Positions 41,228-52,744 of a stretch of 64,000 nt of DNA are shown in pieces. The position numbers were made by a program, and so were the translations under genes. Under the pieces are notes generated by a model. The model saw nothing but the letters and a program-made list of their open reading frames with translations. It was not told the DNA's origin and made no database searches. Origin of the DNA: Octopus sinensis (lineage: Eukaryota); NCBI RefSeq assembly GCF_006345805.1, contig NC_043011.1:42792464-42856463 (forward strand), written 5' to 3'. The number at the start of each line of letters is the position of its first letter. The first letter of the stretch is position 1.

Positions 41228-41760
41228 TATATAAACTTAGAATAATTAGAAAGGTTTTGGCCAGTATTGGCCCAGGCCATGTCTAACTTATAGCACCACC
41301 TGGCGAAGTCTTTCAGTTCAGGATTTGGCAGCAAGGCCCATTCGAGCAGAGAGTTATTGTTTGCGGAGACATATCCGGGTGTGGGTGGGTTGTCCGGTAC
41401 TGTTTGAAGGAATTTGTCCAAAGACTTCTTGAATTTTGTGTGGTCAGTTTCTTTTTTGACGTGTCCTGGTGTAATGTTGAAGAGAGCGGGTCAAATTGAG
41501 GGAATAGTTGTGCCGTAGTCGTTATGTGATGAGATTTAGATTTTTGTTGTGGACGGATGGCACGTGGTCCAAGCCTTGATGTATTTTGAAGGTGATGCCA
41601 ACATCATTCGGACAGTGCTGATGGATATTTTCCACACATCATACAGATAATGTAGCGTTCACGGCGTCTTTGGAGTGAATACAATTTCAGCTTCTCTAGT
41701 CTACCCCAGTATTCAAGGTCTGACATGCCATCTATTTTTTTGTGATTGACCTTTGGGAGC
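41228..41760 (-). mobile_element. CR1-clade LINE 3' end
   Basis: YWGRLEKLKLYSLQRRRERY...FKKSLDKFLQTVPDNPPTPGY, frameshifted. Confidence 0.85.
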
Positions 41761-41893
41761 TAGATAGATTATAATATATCTAAATCCTAAAGATATATAT
41801 AGATAGATAGACATAGAAATAATAGATATAGATATAGATAAATAATATATATATATATATATATAATATATATATGGATATAGATATATAGAT

Positions 41894-41930
<37 letters not shown>

Positions 41931-42063
41931 GGATATATAATATGGATTATATATATATATATATAAAATATATGGAATATATTATATATATAATATATGG
42001 ATATATATATATATTATCTGGAATATATATGTTATAGATATATATATATATATATATATATCT

Positions 42064-42096
<33 letters not shown>

Positions 42097-42279
42097 GGAT
42101 ATATAGATATGGATATATATATATATTGGATATATATATGGATATATATATGGATATATATATAGATATTATATATATATATATATATATATGATATATA
42201 TATATATATCACCGTGACCACCGTAACCGACCAGACTATCAGATGTTGCTACACATCGCTGGTCACAATGCGCATCATT

Positions 42280-43320
42280 ACTGTTCATAATGGCCCTCTC
42301 AGACATGCCCTCAGCCACGCAGAGAGCCACGATCACAAGTTATGCAGATGATACAAAGGTTTCACAGGCAATACAGAACCCTGAAGACACTAAGCACCTG
42401 CAATGTGAGCTGGACAAAATATACAAGTGGGGTGAAAAGAATAGCATGCAGTACAATGCTGAAAAGTTTCAAGCTTTATGCTATCAGCATGCAAAACTAA
42501 ATGCAATACCCAATAAATACACTGGACCTGGAGGGATTGCAATCCCAAAGGCACAATCAGTGCGAGACTTGGGTATTTACATGAGTGATGATGCAACCTT
42601 TCATGTGCATGTTGCTAAATTGGCAATGAAATGTAGGCGGCTGACCGGATGGATTCTTAGAACCTTTAGGAACAAGAGACCAGGAAACCATGATGGTCCT
42701 CTGGAAGACACTTGTCCTAAGCCACTTTGACTACGGCTCTCAGCTATGGTCACCATCGAGTGTCAAGTTAATCACAGAACTTGAGGCGATCCAACGAAGC
42801 TACACGAAGAAGATAGCCTCTGTGCAGCATATAAGCTATTGGGAAAGACTCAAGAGATTAAGACTCTATTCCTTAGAGCGTAGGCGAGAAAGATATGCCA
42901 TTAAGATCCTAGAAGGACTTGTCCCAAACTTTGGCATCGAGAGGTACACAAATGCCAGAACTGGGCGCCACTGCTTAGTGCCAAGGACTCCAAATTTGCC
43001 ATCAACATGTAGGACAAGGTACTGTGATAGCCTGGGCTTCCGTGGCCCACAGCTCCTCAATATCCTCCCGAAGAACCTGAGAGACCTGCATGGGGTGGAT
43101 GCAGATGTCTGTAAAATAAAAGTGGATCTCTTCTTGTCAGGTGTCCCAAATGAACCAACTTCACGGCAGAAGGTGCAGATGAGGCAGCTGCATCGAACTC
43201 TCTCATGCACCAAATGGCAAGTGCTAAAAGCATTCGTGAAGTAAAAATCATGTGTGCAACACACAAGATGGCGGTGCCCCAGCAATGCCAGAGCTCGGTG
43301 AGCTGAACTAGATAAAAAAA
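42280..43320 (+). mobile_element. CR1-clade LINE, 5'-truncated (RT C-terminal part plus 3' UTR)
   Basis: SYADDTK, VRDLGIYM, ELEAIQRSYTK, YSLERRRERY, GPQLLNILP; frameshift near 42670; ends in an A-run. Confidence 0.93.
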
Positions 43321-43391
43321 ATTACATATAATACATATACATATATACATATACATATATATAAATATATATATAATATATATAAGTATAT

Positions 43392-43431
<40 letters not shown>

Positions 43432-43458
43432 CTATACTATATATATATATACATATAT

Positions 43459-43493
<35 letters not shown>

Positions 43494-43859
43494 GATATAT
43501 ATATACATACATATATTTATACATATATATAATATATATAGATATATATATATATATACATACATATATACATATACAGACTAATACATGATATACCTAA
43601 ATATTACATATATATAATATATATATAAATACATATACATAAACATATATATATATATATACTATTACGTATGATATATTACATACGTATACATATATAT
43701 ATAATATACATTATATATGTATATATACATACAGTATACATATATATATATATATATATATACATAATATAATACATATATAATATATAGATATATATAT
43801 TATATATTATATATTATATTTATATATATATACACACACAATATAAATACTAAATAAAT

Positions 43860-44273
43860 AGGCGCAGGAGTGGATGGTGGTAAGTAGCTTGCTACCCAAC
43901 CCATCATGGTTCCAGGTCAGTCTCACTGCGTGGCATCTGGGCAAGTGTCTTATGCTATAGCCCGGGCCAACCAATGCCTGTGAGTGGATTTGGTAGACGG
44001 AAACTGAAAGAAGCCTGTCGTATATATGTATATATGTATATATGTGTATGTGTGGTGTTTGTGTGTTGTGTTGTCCCCTAGCATTGCTTGACAAACGATG
44101 CTGGTGTGTTTTACGGCCCGTCATTAGCGGTTCGGCAAAAGAGACCGATAGAATAAGTACTGGGCTTACAAAGAATAAGTCCCGGGGTCGATTTGCTCGA
44201 CTAAAGGCGGTGCTCCAGCATAGCCGCAGTCAAATGACTGAAACAAGTAAAAGAGTAAAAGAGTAAAAGAGTA
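43860..44273 (+). mobile_element. SINE A, full length, young
   Basis: Near consensus; tail (aaagagt)x3. Confidence 0.92.
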
Positions 44274-44277
44274 TATA

Positions 44278-44467
44278 TAAAGAGAGTTTACGGAAAACCA
44301 AAAGACGAAGACAGGTGGTGTACAAAACAAACAAATGTATTAGTATAACGCTCAGGAATAGAAAAAGTCTTTTACATTTCGAACCTACGCTCTTCTACAG
44401 AAAGGGACACAGAAAAAACAAGGAGAGAGAAAAAATTTGTGTAGTGGCTAACGATCTATCATTGCGA
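44278..44467 (-). mobile_element. Penelope pLTR-like repeat with hammerhead-like motif (solo copy)
   Basis: Reverse complement aligns end to end with 63661-63852. Confidence 0.75.
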
Positions 44468-44483
44468 CTAGTAATATATATAG

Positions 44484-44594
44484 TGATAGAATAAGTACTA
44501 GGCTTAGAAAGAATAAGTCCTGGGGTCGATTTGCTCGACTAAAGGTGGTGCTCCAGCATGGCCACAGTCAAATGACTGAAACAAGTAAAAGAGT
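44484..44594 (+). mobile_element. SINE A 3' fragment
   Basis: gatagaataagtactagg...caaatgactgaaacaagtaaaagag. Confidence 0.85.
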
Positions 44595-44668
44595 ATATAT
44601 ACACATATATATGTATCTATATATAATAATATAATATATTAAATATATATACATAAACACACACACAC

Positions 44669-44704
<36 letters not shown>

Positions 44705-44771
44705 TATATATAATATATATATATTATATATATATATATATACATATATATATTATATTTATATATACTTT

Positions 44772-45000
44772 TTTTAAAGCAGCAAATTCAACCAAAACCT
44801 GTTACTCTGAGTTTCATGTTCCCGTTCGTCGGACGGTTTTTGCTAGACAGTTTTTCTAGCAAAAACTGTCCGACGAACGGGAACGTGAAACTCAGAGTAA
44901 CAGGTTTTCGGCTGCTTTTAATAAAGCATATTACTCTACCACTGGTATTTGAGTACTCTTTTTCCAGCTTGTTTCACATTTATGTTTTTACTCCGGTATA
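44772..45000. repeat. foldback element containing a 54-bp-arm hairpin
   Basis: Arms 44794-44847 and 44855-44908, 7-nt loop, 2 mismatches; (TA)n flanks. Confidence 0.9.
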
Positions 45001-45012
45001 TATATATATATA

Positions 45013-45429
45013 TACTCTTTACTCTTTACTATTTTACTTGTTTCAGTCATTTGACTGCGGCCATGCTGGATCACCGCCTTTAGTCGAGCAAATCGACCCC
45101 GGGACTTATTCTTTGTAAGCCCAGTACTTATTCTATCGGTCTTTTTGCCGAACCGCTAAGTGACGGGGACGTAAACAACCAGCATCGGTTGTCAAGCAAT
45201 GCTAGGGGGACAAACACAGACACACAAACATATACACACACACTTTATATATATATACATATATACGACAGGCTTCTTTCAGTTTCCAATCTACCAAATC
45301 CACTCACAAGGCATTGGTCGGCCGGGGCTATAGCAGAAGAGACTTGCCTAAGATGCCACGCAGTGGGACTGAACCTGGAACCATGTGGTTGGTTAGCAAG
45401 CTACTTACCACACAGCCACTCCTGCGCCT
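45013..45429 (-). mobile_element. SINE A, full length, young
   Basis: Inverted relative to 43860-44273 and sharing diagnostic bases with it. Confidence 0.92.
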
Positions 45430-45451
45430 ATATTATAACTATATATATATC

Positions 45452-45483
<32 letters not shown>

Positions 45484-46454
45484 CGATATATATATATAAT
45501 ATATATATACATGTATATGTATATATATAGATATATATATATATATATATATATACTGTATATATATACATGTATATAATATAAATTTATATATACATGT
45601 ATAATATATAACTATATATATACATATATATATATATAAATACATGTATATATACTGAGGTATATGTATAGCTGTATATGTATAGATGTACTTCTATAGA
45701 TATACATGTATATGTAAACATGTATGTCTAGATGTATATATAGATGTAATGTATAAGTACACATATATATACACATATATACAATGCATACATATATACA
45801 CCCATACACACATACCGATACACCCTCCCCATGTAAAAAGATACCTTGACGAATTATTGCCTTGAAAACCACCCAATTCTGGGAAAGACGGTTATTTTCA
45901 AGGTAAAGGAAAGATGGAGACGTATTGTGCAACGAAATTGTTCAGATTTGGTTCATTAAAATGTAATGGCAAGTATTTTAGTGACCTTTACTTTCCTTAA
46001 AAATCGGAACGAACTTTCCGGAAAATCCATATAAACACAACAATGAAATGCAAAATAAACATGAAAAATAAAAACCTAAATTGAAAGAGGCGATTAAAAT
46101 TTTTTTCCTAACCTGCAGCCGTTTCAGAAAAGGGTTGTACGAAGTATTCGAAATTCCAGCCCTCCTTCAGCAAAAAATCCAGCAAAAAGCATTAAGGCCT
46201 ACATGGTGGTATAGTATTCAGGGTTGAAAGTTCAGTTTTAAGTATCGATGAATAGGTGACAGATTTTCAGAGGATTACCACGTTAAATAAGAAATGAAAT
46301 TCATGAAGGTTAACTTTAGTAATCATGCAAATAATAGCCAATGGGATATTCCATTCTCTACTATAAAAAAAAATAATTTAAGATTACAGGTTGTGCATAA
46401 GTGTTCATTGGATCTAATGATCTAATTGGACCGTATTTTCAAAAAGCTTTTATA

Positions 46455-46554
46455 NNNNNNNNNNNNNNNNNNNNNNNNNNNNNNNNNNNNNNNNNNNNNN
46501 NNNNNNNNNNNNNNNNNNNNNNNNNNNNNNNNNNNNNNNNNNNNNNNNNNNNNN
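46455..46554. other. assembly gap (100 N)
   Basis: Direct. Confidence 1.
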
Positions 46555-47275
46555 GCCCAGGATGCCACGCAGTGGAACTGAACCCGGAACCATGTTGTTG
46601 GGAAGCAAGCTTCTTATCACACAGTCACGCCTGCGCATATATATATATCTATATATATATATATATATATATATCAATTATTAAGGTGGCTATTTAACAT
46701 ATTTACAGCTGAAAGGCAACAAGTATAGTGACTAAAGTGACGGGGAGCCCAAGTGAGCACAAGCATTGCTAGAAATAAGAAACAAAACAAAACAAGCTCC
46801 CTCCCTACGATAAGCTTGATGGAGTCGTAGCAGCGTTGGTTTCAGATTTCATTAATCTTCATTAGTGACCCATTACTCAGTCGCCGAGGGTTAAAGAAGT
46901 TAACTCACCCAGTCAGCCTTATAGCGAACATTACAGGAAACATTGAGAGATTCCGAAAATGGTGGAGTGAGAATTATAAATTATTCAGGGAGATATTCAC
47001 AATTTACAACCGAAAAGTAACAAGTACAGTCCTTACTAAGTAACAAGTATAGTGCTTACTAAGCATTGCTAGAAATAAGAGTCAATAGACACCATAGACA
47101 CGTGAGATCACTTTTCTAACGCCTGACAACAAAGATAAGCTCTCTCACTACGACAAGCGAGATGGAATCATATCAGCGCTGATTTCAGATTTGATTAATC
47201 TTCATCAGTGACTCGGATGAACGCGGAACCATGTGGTTGGGAAGCAAGCTTCTTATCACACAGCCACGCCTGCGC

Positions 47276-47332
<57 letters not shown>

Positions 47333-47440
47333 TGTGTGTGTGTGTGTGTGTGTGTATATATTCATATCAATTATTAAGGTGGCTATTTAACATTTACAGC
47401 TGAGAGGCAACAAGTATAGTCACTAAAGTGACAGAGAGCT
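46555..47440. repeat. degenerate local tandem duplication including two SINE A head fragments
   Basis: atcaattattaaggtggctatttaac...caagtatagt at about 46673 and 47366; aagcattgctagaaataaga...attaatcttcat.agtgac at about 46761 and 47061. Confidence 0.8.
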
Positions 47441-47563
47441 CAATTTTACAGATAAATTCCTCTAGTTACATAATATTGAAGTCTCCTTCATTCTTTTGTT
47501 ATCTTACTTACTATTTTTACCAATATATAATATAATATATATAATATAATATAATATAATATA

Positions 47564-47633
<70 letters not shown>

Positions 47634-47659
47634 TTATATATATTTATGTATGTATGTAT

Positions 47660-47809
47660 ATGTTTGTGTGTCTCTGTTTGTGGTCCCCCCACCCAAACCG
47701 ATTGAATATTTACTAAGCTTAGTAAATAAGTCGCGGGCACGATTTGTTCCACTAAAAGCGGTGCTCCAGCATGGCTGCAGTCAAATGACTAAAAACAAGA
47801 ATAAAAGAA

Positions 47810-47812
<3 letters not shown>
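47660..47812 (+). mobile_element. SINE A 3' fragment
   Basis: gcggtgctccagcatggctgcagtcaaatgact. Confidence 0.75.
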
Positions 47813-47852
<40 letters not shown>

Positions 47853-47908
47853 ACATGCATACATATATATATATACATATATATGTTATATATATATATA
47901 TATATGTA

Positions 47909-47961
<53 letters not shown>

Positions 47962-48694
47962 CATGCGCGCGTATCTCCTGGCTTGTCTGTATGTCTATGT
48001 TATATATGTTCTTTTCATACCAACGGACATATAAACACACTCTCCCACAGAAACAAAAAAAAAACATATGTATAGAGAAGGAGAGGAGGGGAGAAACGGA
48101 GACAGAGAGTGAGGGAAAGACGGACAGACAGAGAGAAGGGGAGAGAGAGAAGGAGTGAGAGATGGAGAGCAAAGGCAGCTGCCTGACAAGTTGCAGTTGG
48201 TTTCGGTCATTCGTGCTCATCAAACGAATGCAAAATATGATAGCATGTACGGTTACGCAACTATAACTTCCAAGGTAAGGTTTCAGAGTGAACGAAACGG
48301 GAGAAAACAATGGAGAATGGGTTAAATGGAATAATAGGAAGAATTGATATTTTTGCATGTGGCTTCTCTCTGTCAATGAAAGAAAGCCAGGGAGTAGAAA
48401 GGCATAGTTGAAAGGTTGGAAGAGAGGAAAAGGCTACGGCTTCAGAAAGAAAGAATAAAGAGATCGATGCTGGGTGAGTTGGACATTGTGAACGTTATGT
48501 TTAGGAAGAAATTTCCCTAAAATTCATATGTATAGGCACCGGCGTGGCTGTGTGGTTAAAAAGTTCGATCTGCAACTACGTGGTTTCAGGCTCCAATTTC
48601 AAGGCACGAAACTTTGGAAATGCATATTTTATCAGAACCTCGAAACGAGCAATGATTCTAAGAGAATTGATTGATGGAGACTGTGTCGAGGCTG

Positions 48695-48768
<74 letters not shown>

Positions 48769-48771
48769 TAT

Positions 48772-48811
<40 letters not shown>

Positions 48812-48816
<5 letters not shown>

Positions 48817-49119
48817 TAAATAGAGATAAAACCACTATTAGGCAATCAAACAGTGAAAAACATAAGCCAATACATAAAATTAATTTAAAAATATAAATTT
48901 AAAATAAATAAATAAATTAATTAATAAAATAATATATAAATATAAAAATATACATACATACATATATATATATATATTTGTATATATATATTAAATTTAT
49001 AAGTTTAAATTATTTAAATAAGTTTTTTAACTTTTATATTTTAAAATAATTTTATGTATTGGCTTATGTTTTTCACTGTTTGATTTGCCTAATAGTGGTT
49101 TTATCTATAATTTAATATA
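48812..49119. repeat. AT-rich foldback element in (TA)n
   Basis: About 80-bp inverted arms agataaaaccactattaggca(a)atcaaacagtgaaaaacataagccaatacataaaatta at 48812-48895 and 49032-49119. Confidence 0.88.
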
Positions 49120-49200
49120 ATATTATATATATTTATACTATAAAGTTGGATTTAATCCTAAATCTAATTTTCCCTGTAAGTTTGGATTTATCCCCCTAAT

Positions 49201-49243
<43 letters not shown>

Positions 49244-49247
49244 CATT

Positions 49248-49460
49248 TTAAAATGTGACCGCGTGTGTACCGTTGGCGATTTTTTTCCTCCGTCTTCCCT
49301 TCTCTGGATCTTTCCTTTTCCTATGTTTCTGACGAAGAGCTCCGCTCGAAACGTTAAACCCTCCTTCTTCCCTTCCTTCCTGAGCGTCCAATAATACTAT
49401 ATTTGTTTCACGTCCTCGCGTTGTTGTGTTTTCTCTTCGTGTTTTCATGTTTGGATTAAC
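49248..49460 (+). mobile_element. Penelope pLTR/retrozyme-like repeat flanked by (TA)n
   Basis: Contains the hammerhead architecture at 49325-49359. Confidence 0.65.
49325..49359 (+). ncRNA. minimal type I hammerhead ribozyme-like motif
   Basis: GUUU-CUGACGA-A-GAGC-ucc-GCUC-GAAA-CG-UU-AAAC: intact core, 4-bp stems I and II, palindromic AACGUU in place of stem III. Confidence 0.6.
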
Positions 49461-49505
49461 TATATATATATAATAATAATGATAATAATAATAATAATAA
49501 TAATG

Positions 49506-49569
<64 letters not shown>

Positions 49570-49574
<5 letters not shown>

Positions 49575-49811
49575 GCGCCCTTTTGAAGCCTAGCCAGACT
49601 CATGGGCTCGGTTTTCCGGTTTCTATGGCGTATGTGTTCCCCAGCTGGACGGGACGCCAGTCCATCGTAGTGTTACTCATTTTTGCCAGCCGAGTGGACT
49701 GGAGCAACGTGAAATGAAGTGTTTTCTTCAAGAACACAACGCGTCGCCCGGTCCAGGAATCGAAACCACAATCTTACGATCATGATGCTGACACTCCAAC
49801 CATTAAGCCAC
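49570..49811 (-). mobile_element. SINE C head plus tail Y with (ATT)n tail
   Basis: Head shared with 2413-2741; tail shared with 30269-30564 and 32858-33172; (AAT)n at about 49470-49570. Confidence 0.85.
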
Positions 49812-49879
49812 GCGCCTCCACTATACATATATATATATGCGTTATGTGCATGTGTATGTATGCGTGCAAGTGTGAAACT

Positions 49880-50100
49880 GTATATGCGTGTCTTTGTGTC
49901 TGCGCTTGTCCCTCACTACGCCACTTGATAACCGGTGTTGGTTTGTTTCGTTTCCTATAGTTTAGCGGCTCTGCATATGAAACGAGAGAATAATCACCAA
50001 GCATAAAATATAAGTACTAGTATCGATTCTTGGGCAAAATATTCTTTAAGGCAGTGCTGCAGCATGGTCACAGTCTAATGACTAAAACAAATAAAAGATA
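49880..50100 (+). mobile_element. SINE A 3' half, old
   Basis: gcagtgctgcagcatggtcacagtctaatgact. Confidence 0.65.
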
Positions 50101-50139
50101 AAACATAAATATATTAATTGCGGTGATAGAATATGTATA

Positions 50140-50172
<33 letters not shown>

Positions 50173-50559
50173 GTGAAAATATAGGCAACGAAATTAATAG
50201 CTTAAAATTTAAATTTTTTTTATCGAAATATAACCATATAACCTATTCTAAAATGTTGTATTAAATCGTAGGCTCTGTTCAGAAACGAAATGAGACAGTA
50301 ATAATTTCTTGAAAAATTTGAAAAAGAAGTAGTGACAAATTTGGATGATATTAGATTTTATGAGTAAATCAATAAGTAACAATATCTAAATTATGATACA
50401 TAATAAAATTGAATGAGATTAAATTAAGTAAGTCGCCGAAAAAGATGATGAGCAAAATATTGAAGGCATGGATTATTTATAAAACGAATGAGAGCAAAAG
50501 AGAAGTAAAATATGGAGCTATATGTGTCTTTAGCATGTTCTAATACCGTGTTATATTGA

Positions 50560-50720
50560 TTTCAGATTTTGGCACAAGTCGTTTAGATTGATTCTAGTGT
50601 TCGACTGGTACTTATTTTATATCTATCCCGAAAGGGATGAAAGTTAAAGCCGACCTCGGCAGCAATTGACTACTACTACTACTACTACTACTACTGCTGC
50701 TGTTATTGCTGCTGCTGCTG

Positions 50721-50754
<34 letters not shown>

Positions 50755-50808
50755 CACTACTACCACTACTGCTGCTGCTGCTGCTACAACAGCTACTACT
50801 ACTACTAT

Positions 50809-50848
<40 letters not shown>

Positions 50849-50961
50849 GCTACTGCTGCTGCTACTACTACTACTACTGCTGCTGCTGCTACAACAGCTA
50901 CTACTACTACTAGCACTACTACTACTACTAGCACTACTGCTACTACTACTAGCACTACTAG

Positions 50962-51011
<50 letters not shown>

Positions 51012-51112
51012 CCCACCTTGCTGGCGATATTTGAACTCAGAACATAAGATAGATGAAATGCCGCTAAGAATTCCATCCGACGTGGTAAGGATTCTGCCAT
51101 CTCACTGCCTTA
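50560..51112 (-). mobile_element. SINE D2 interrupted by a 342-bp (ACT/GCT)n tract
   Basis: D body to cgacctcggcagcaattg, repeat at 50669-51010, then tttgaactcagaac...attctgccatctcactgcct. Confidence 0.8.
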
Positions 51113-51127
51113 ATACGGTGTCATATT

Positions 51128-51676
51128 AAGTCCGCACGCTGGTAGAATCATTAGCACCCTGGACAAAATTGCTCAGCGGTATTTCTTCCAACCTTACGTC
51201 CTCAGTTCAAATTCCGCTGTTGGTTGGCGAACACAGCGCTTCTTAGACGGGACGGACAGCAGAAAGCCGCACAAGCAACACACACGAGGTGGAACGATAA
51301 CAGATCTGTGATGCTCTTAGATGTCCGGGGATATATTGGAGGTATCAGCGGGCGCGTCTCCTCTGGCTCAAGAAGATTGGGAAACTTCTGAACCACCTCT
51401 TGTGACAGAGATCGGGGCCTAGTACCAACCCACGGCGATCAGCCCACGTCGATCACGGCTCTGCTCTTTACACACTTTCCGACGCTACTACTGACAGAAG
51501 AGTCTGATGAGCTTTTCGGGTATAGCCGACAAGTCCTCTTACTTACTCTATCGACGCTGGAAAAAGTCACAGAATATCTGACTCAGGATCGATAAAGTAA
51601 GAATCAGTTGAGCATTGTGGTCGATGTAATCGATTACTCACCCCTAAGATTCCTGTCCTTTTGCTATTATTTGAAA
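51128..51676 (+). mobile_element. SINE D2 with internal 18S rRNA-derived segment
   Basis: Head 51128-51217 ends cagttcaaattccgc; D body resumes at about 51583 (caggatcgataaagtaag...gtcgatgtaatcgat). Confidence 0.8.
51220..51583 (+). pseudogene. 18S rRNA pseudogene fragment (3' region)
   Basis: cttcttagacgggac, ataacagatctgtgatgctcttagatgtccgggg and ctgctctttacacactttccgacgctactactga are collinear with conserved eukaryotic 18S (cttcttagagggac; ataacaggtctgtgatgcccttagatgtccgggg; ctgccctttgtacacaccgcccgtcgctactaccga), with internal deletions. Confidence 0.88.
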
Positions 51677-51684
51677 GTATTACA

Positions 51685-51890
51685 AGACGGAGAGCTGGCA
51701 GAGTCGTTACCACACCAGTCAAAATGCTTAGAGGCATATCGTCCGTCTTTATATTCTGCGTTCAAATTTTACGGAGGTCAACTTTGTCTTTCATCTTTCA
51801 GGGTTGTTAAAATAAGAGAACTAGGGTCGATGTAATCGATTAATCCCTTTCCTAAATTTCCTGCCTTTGTGCCAAAATTTGAAATCATTT
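51685..51890 (+). mobile_element. SINE D2
   Basis: gagctggcagagtcgtta...gcgttcaaattt...gtgccaaaatttgaaa. Confidence 0.8.
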
Positions 51891-51979
51891 AAATTTACCA
51901 GTTAATTTTTGAATGTTTCAACTCACGTTTAACAACCTTCTTTCTTCCTTTCTTCTGTTTTCTCATATTTTTCTTCTTT

Positions 51980-52190
51980 CTACAATGGGCACAAATTTTG
52001 GCAGAGGGAGAAGTCGATTACATAGACCACACTCCTGTACTGGTTCTATATTTTATCGACCCAGAAGGGATGAAAGGCAAAGTCGATGACGGCGGAACTT
52101 CAGCTCAGAAGGTAAGCGCCAAAAGAAATACTACTAAGCATTTTGCTCAACGCATTAACTATTCTACTAGCTCACCATCTTCACGTTTTC
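51980..52190 (-). mobile_element. SINE D2
   Basis: ttttatcgacccagaagggatgaaaggcaaagtcga. Confidence 0.78.
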
Positions 52191-52744
52191 CATTATATTT
52201 ATTAACCTGATGTACATATATATACGCATACACATAGTATTCTTAGTTTTTATTTTTTTCCTTTATTTTATTTCTTGTTCAATTTTCATCCATTTTTCAA
52301 ATTATAGATACTTTCTGTATTACATCCATCCTCTCCTAAACCGATTTACTTAATATCATTTTATTCAATTTATTATACATTGTAATTTAAATATCATTTT
52401 TTTTTAACTATCTGCTCATAAAATCTAACGATATTTCAATATTCTACGATTTCCTCTACCCAACCTCATAGCATCTATTGAGGTTTAATTTTGTTTTTAA
52501 CTAGAGACCACTATTTTAATAGGAATTTTATATTTACACAAGTTTTATGGGTTTATACTTCTGTGCATACTTGAAAATTTCAAGTTATTATTTTATATTT
52601 TACTACCAATATATTTTTGCTTTGCATTAGTGCGTCGGACAAAATGGCGTGTGGGATTCTTTTCTGAATGTTTACAATCTGATTACGTGCGTGTGTATGA
52701 GCATGAGGGATTATATGCCCCAATATTAGACATTAAGAAAATTA

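Noticed and set aside
50612-51100. Ser/Thr/Ala-rich mucin-like ORFs
   Set aside because: They are a trinucleotide tract inside a SINE.
51220-51583. Functional rDNA unit or contamination
   Set aside because: A partial, deleted and substituted fragment embedded in host SINE sequence.
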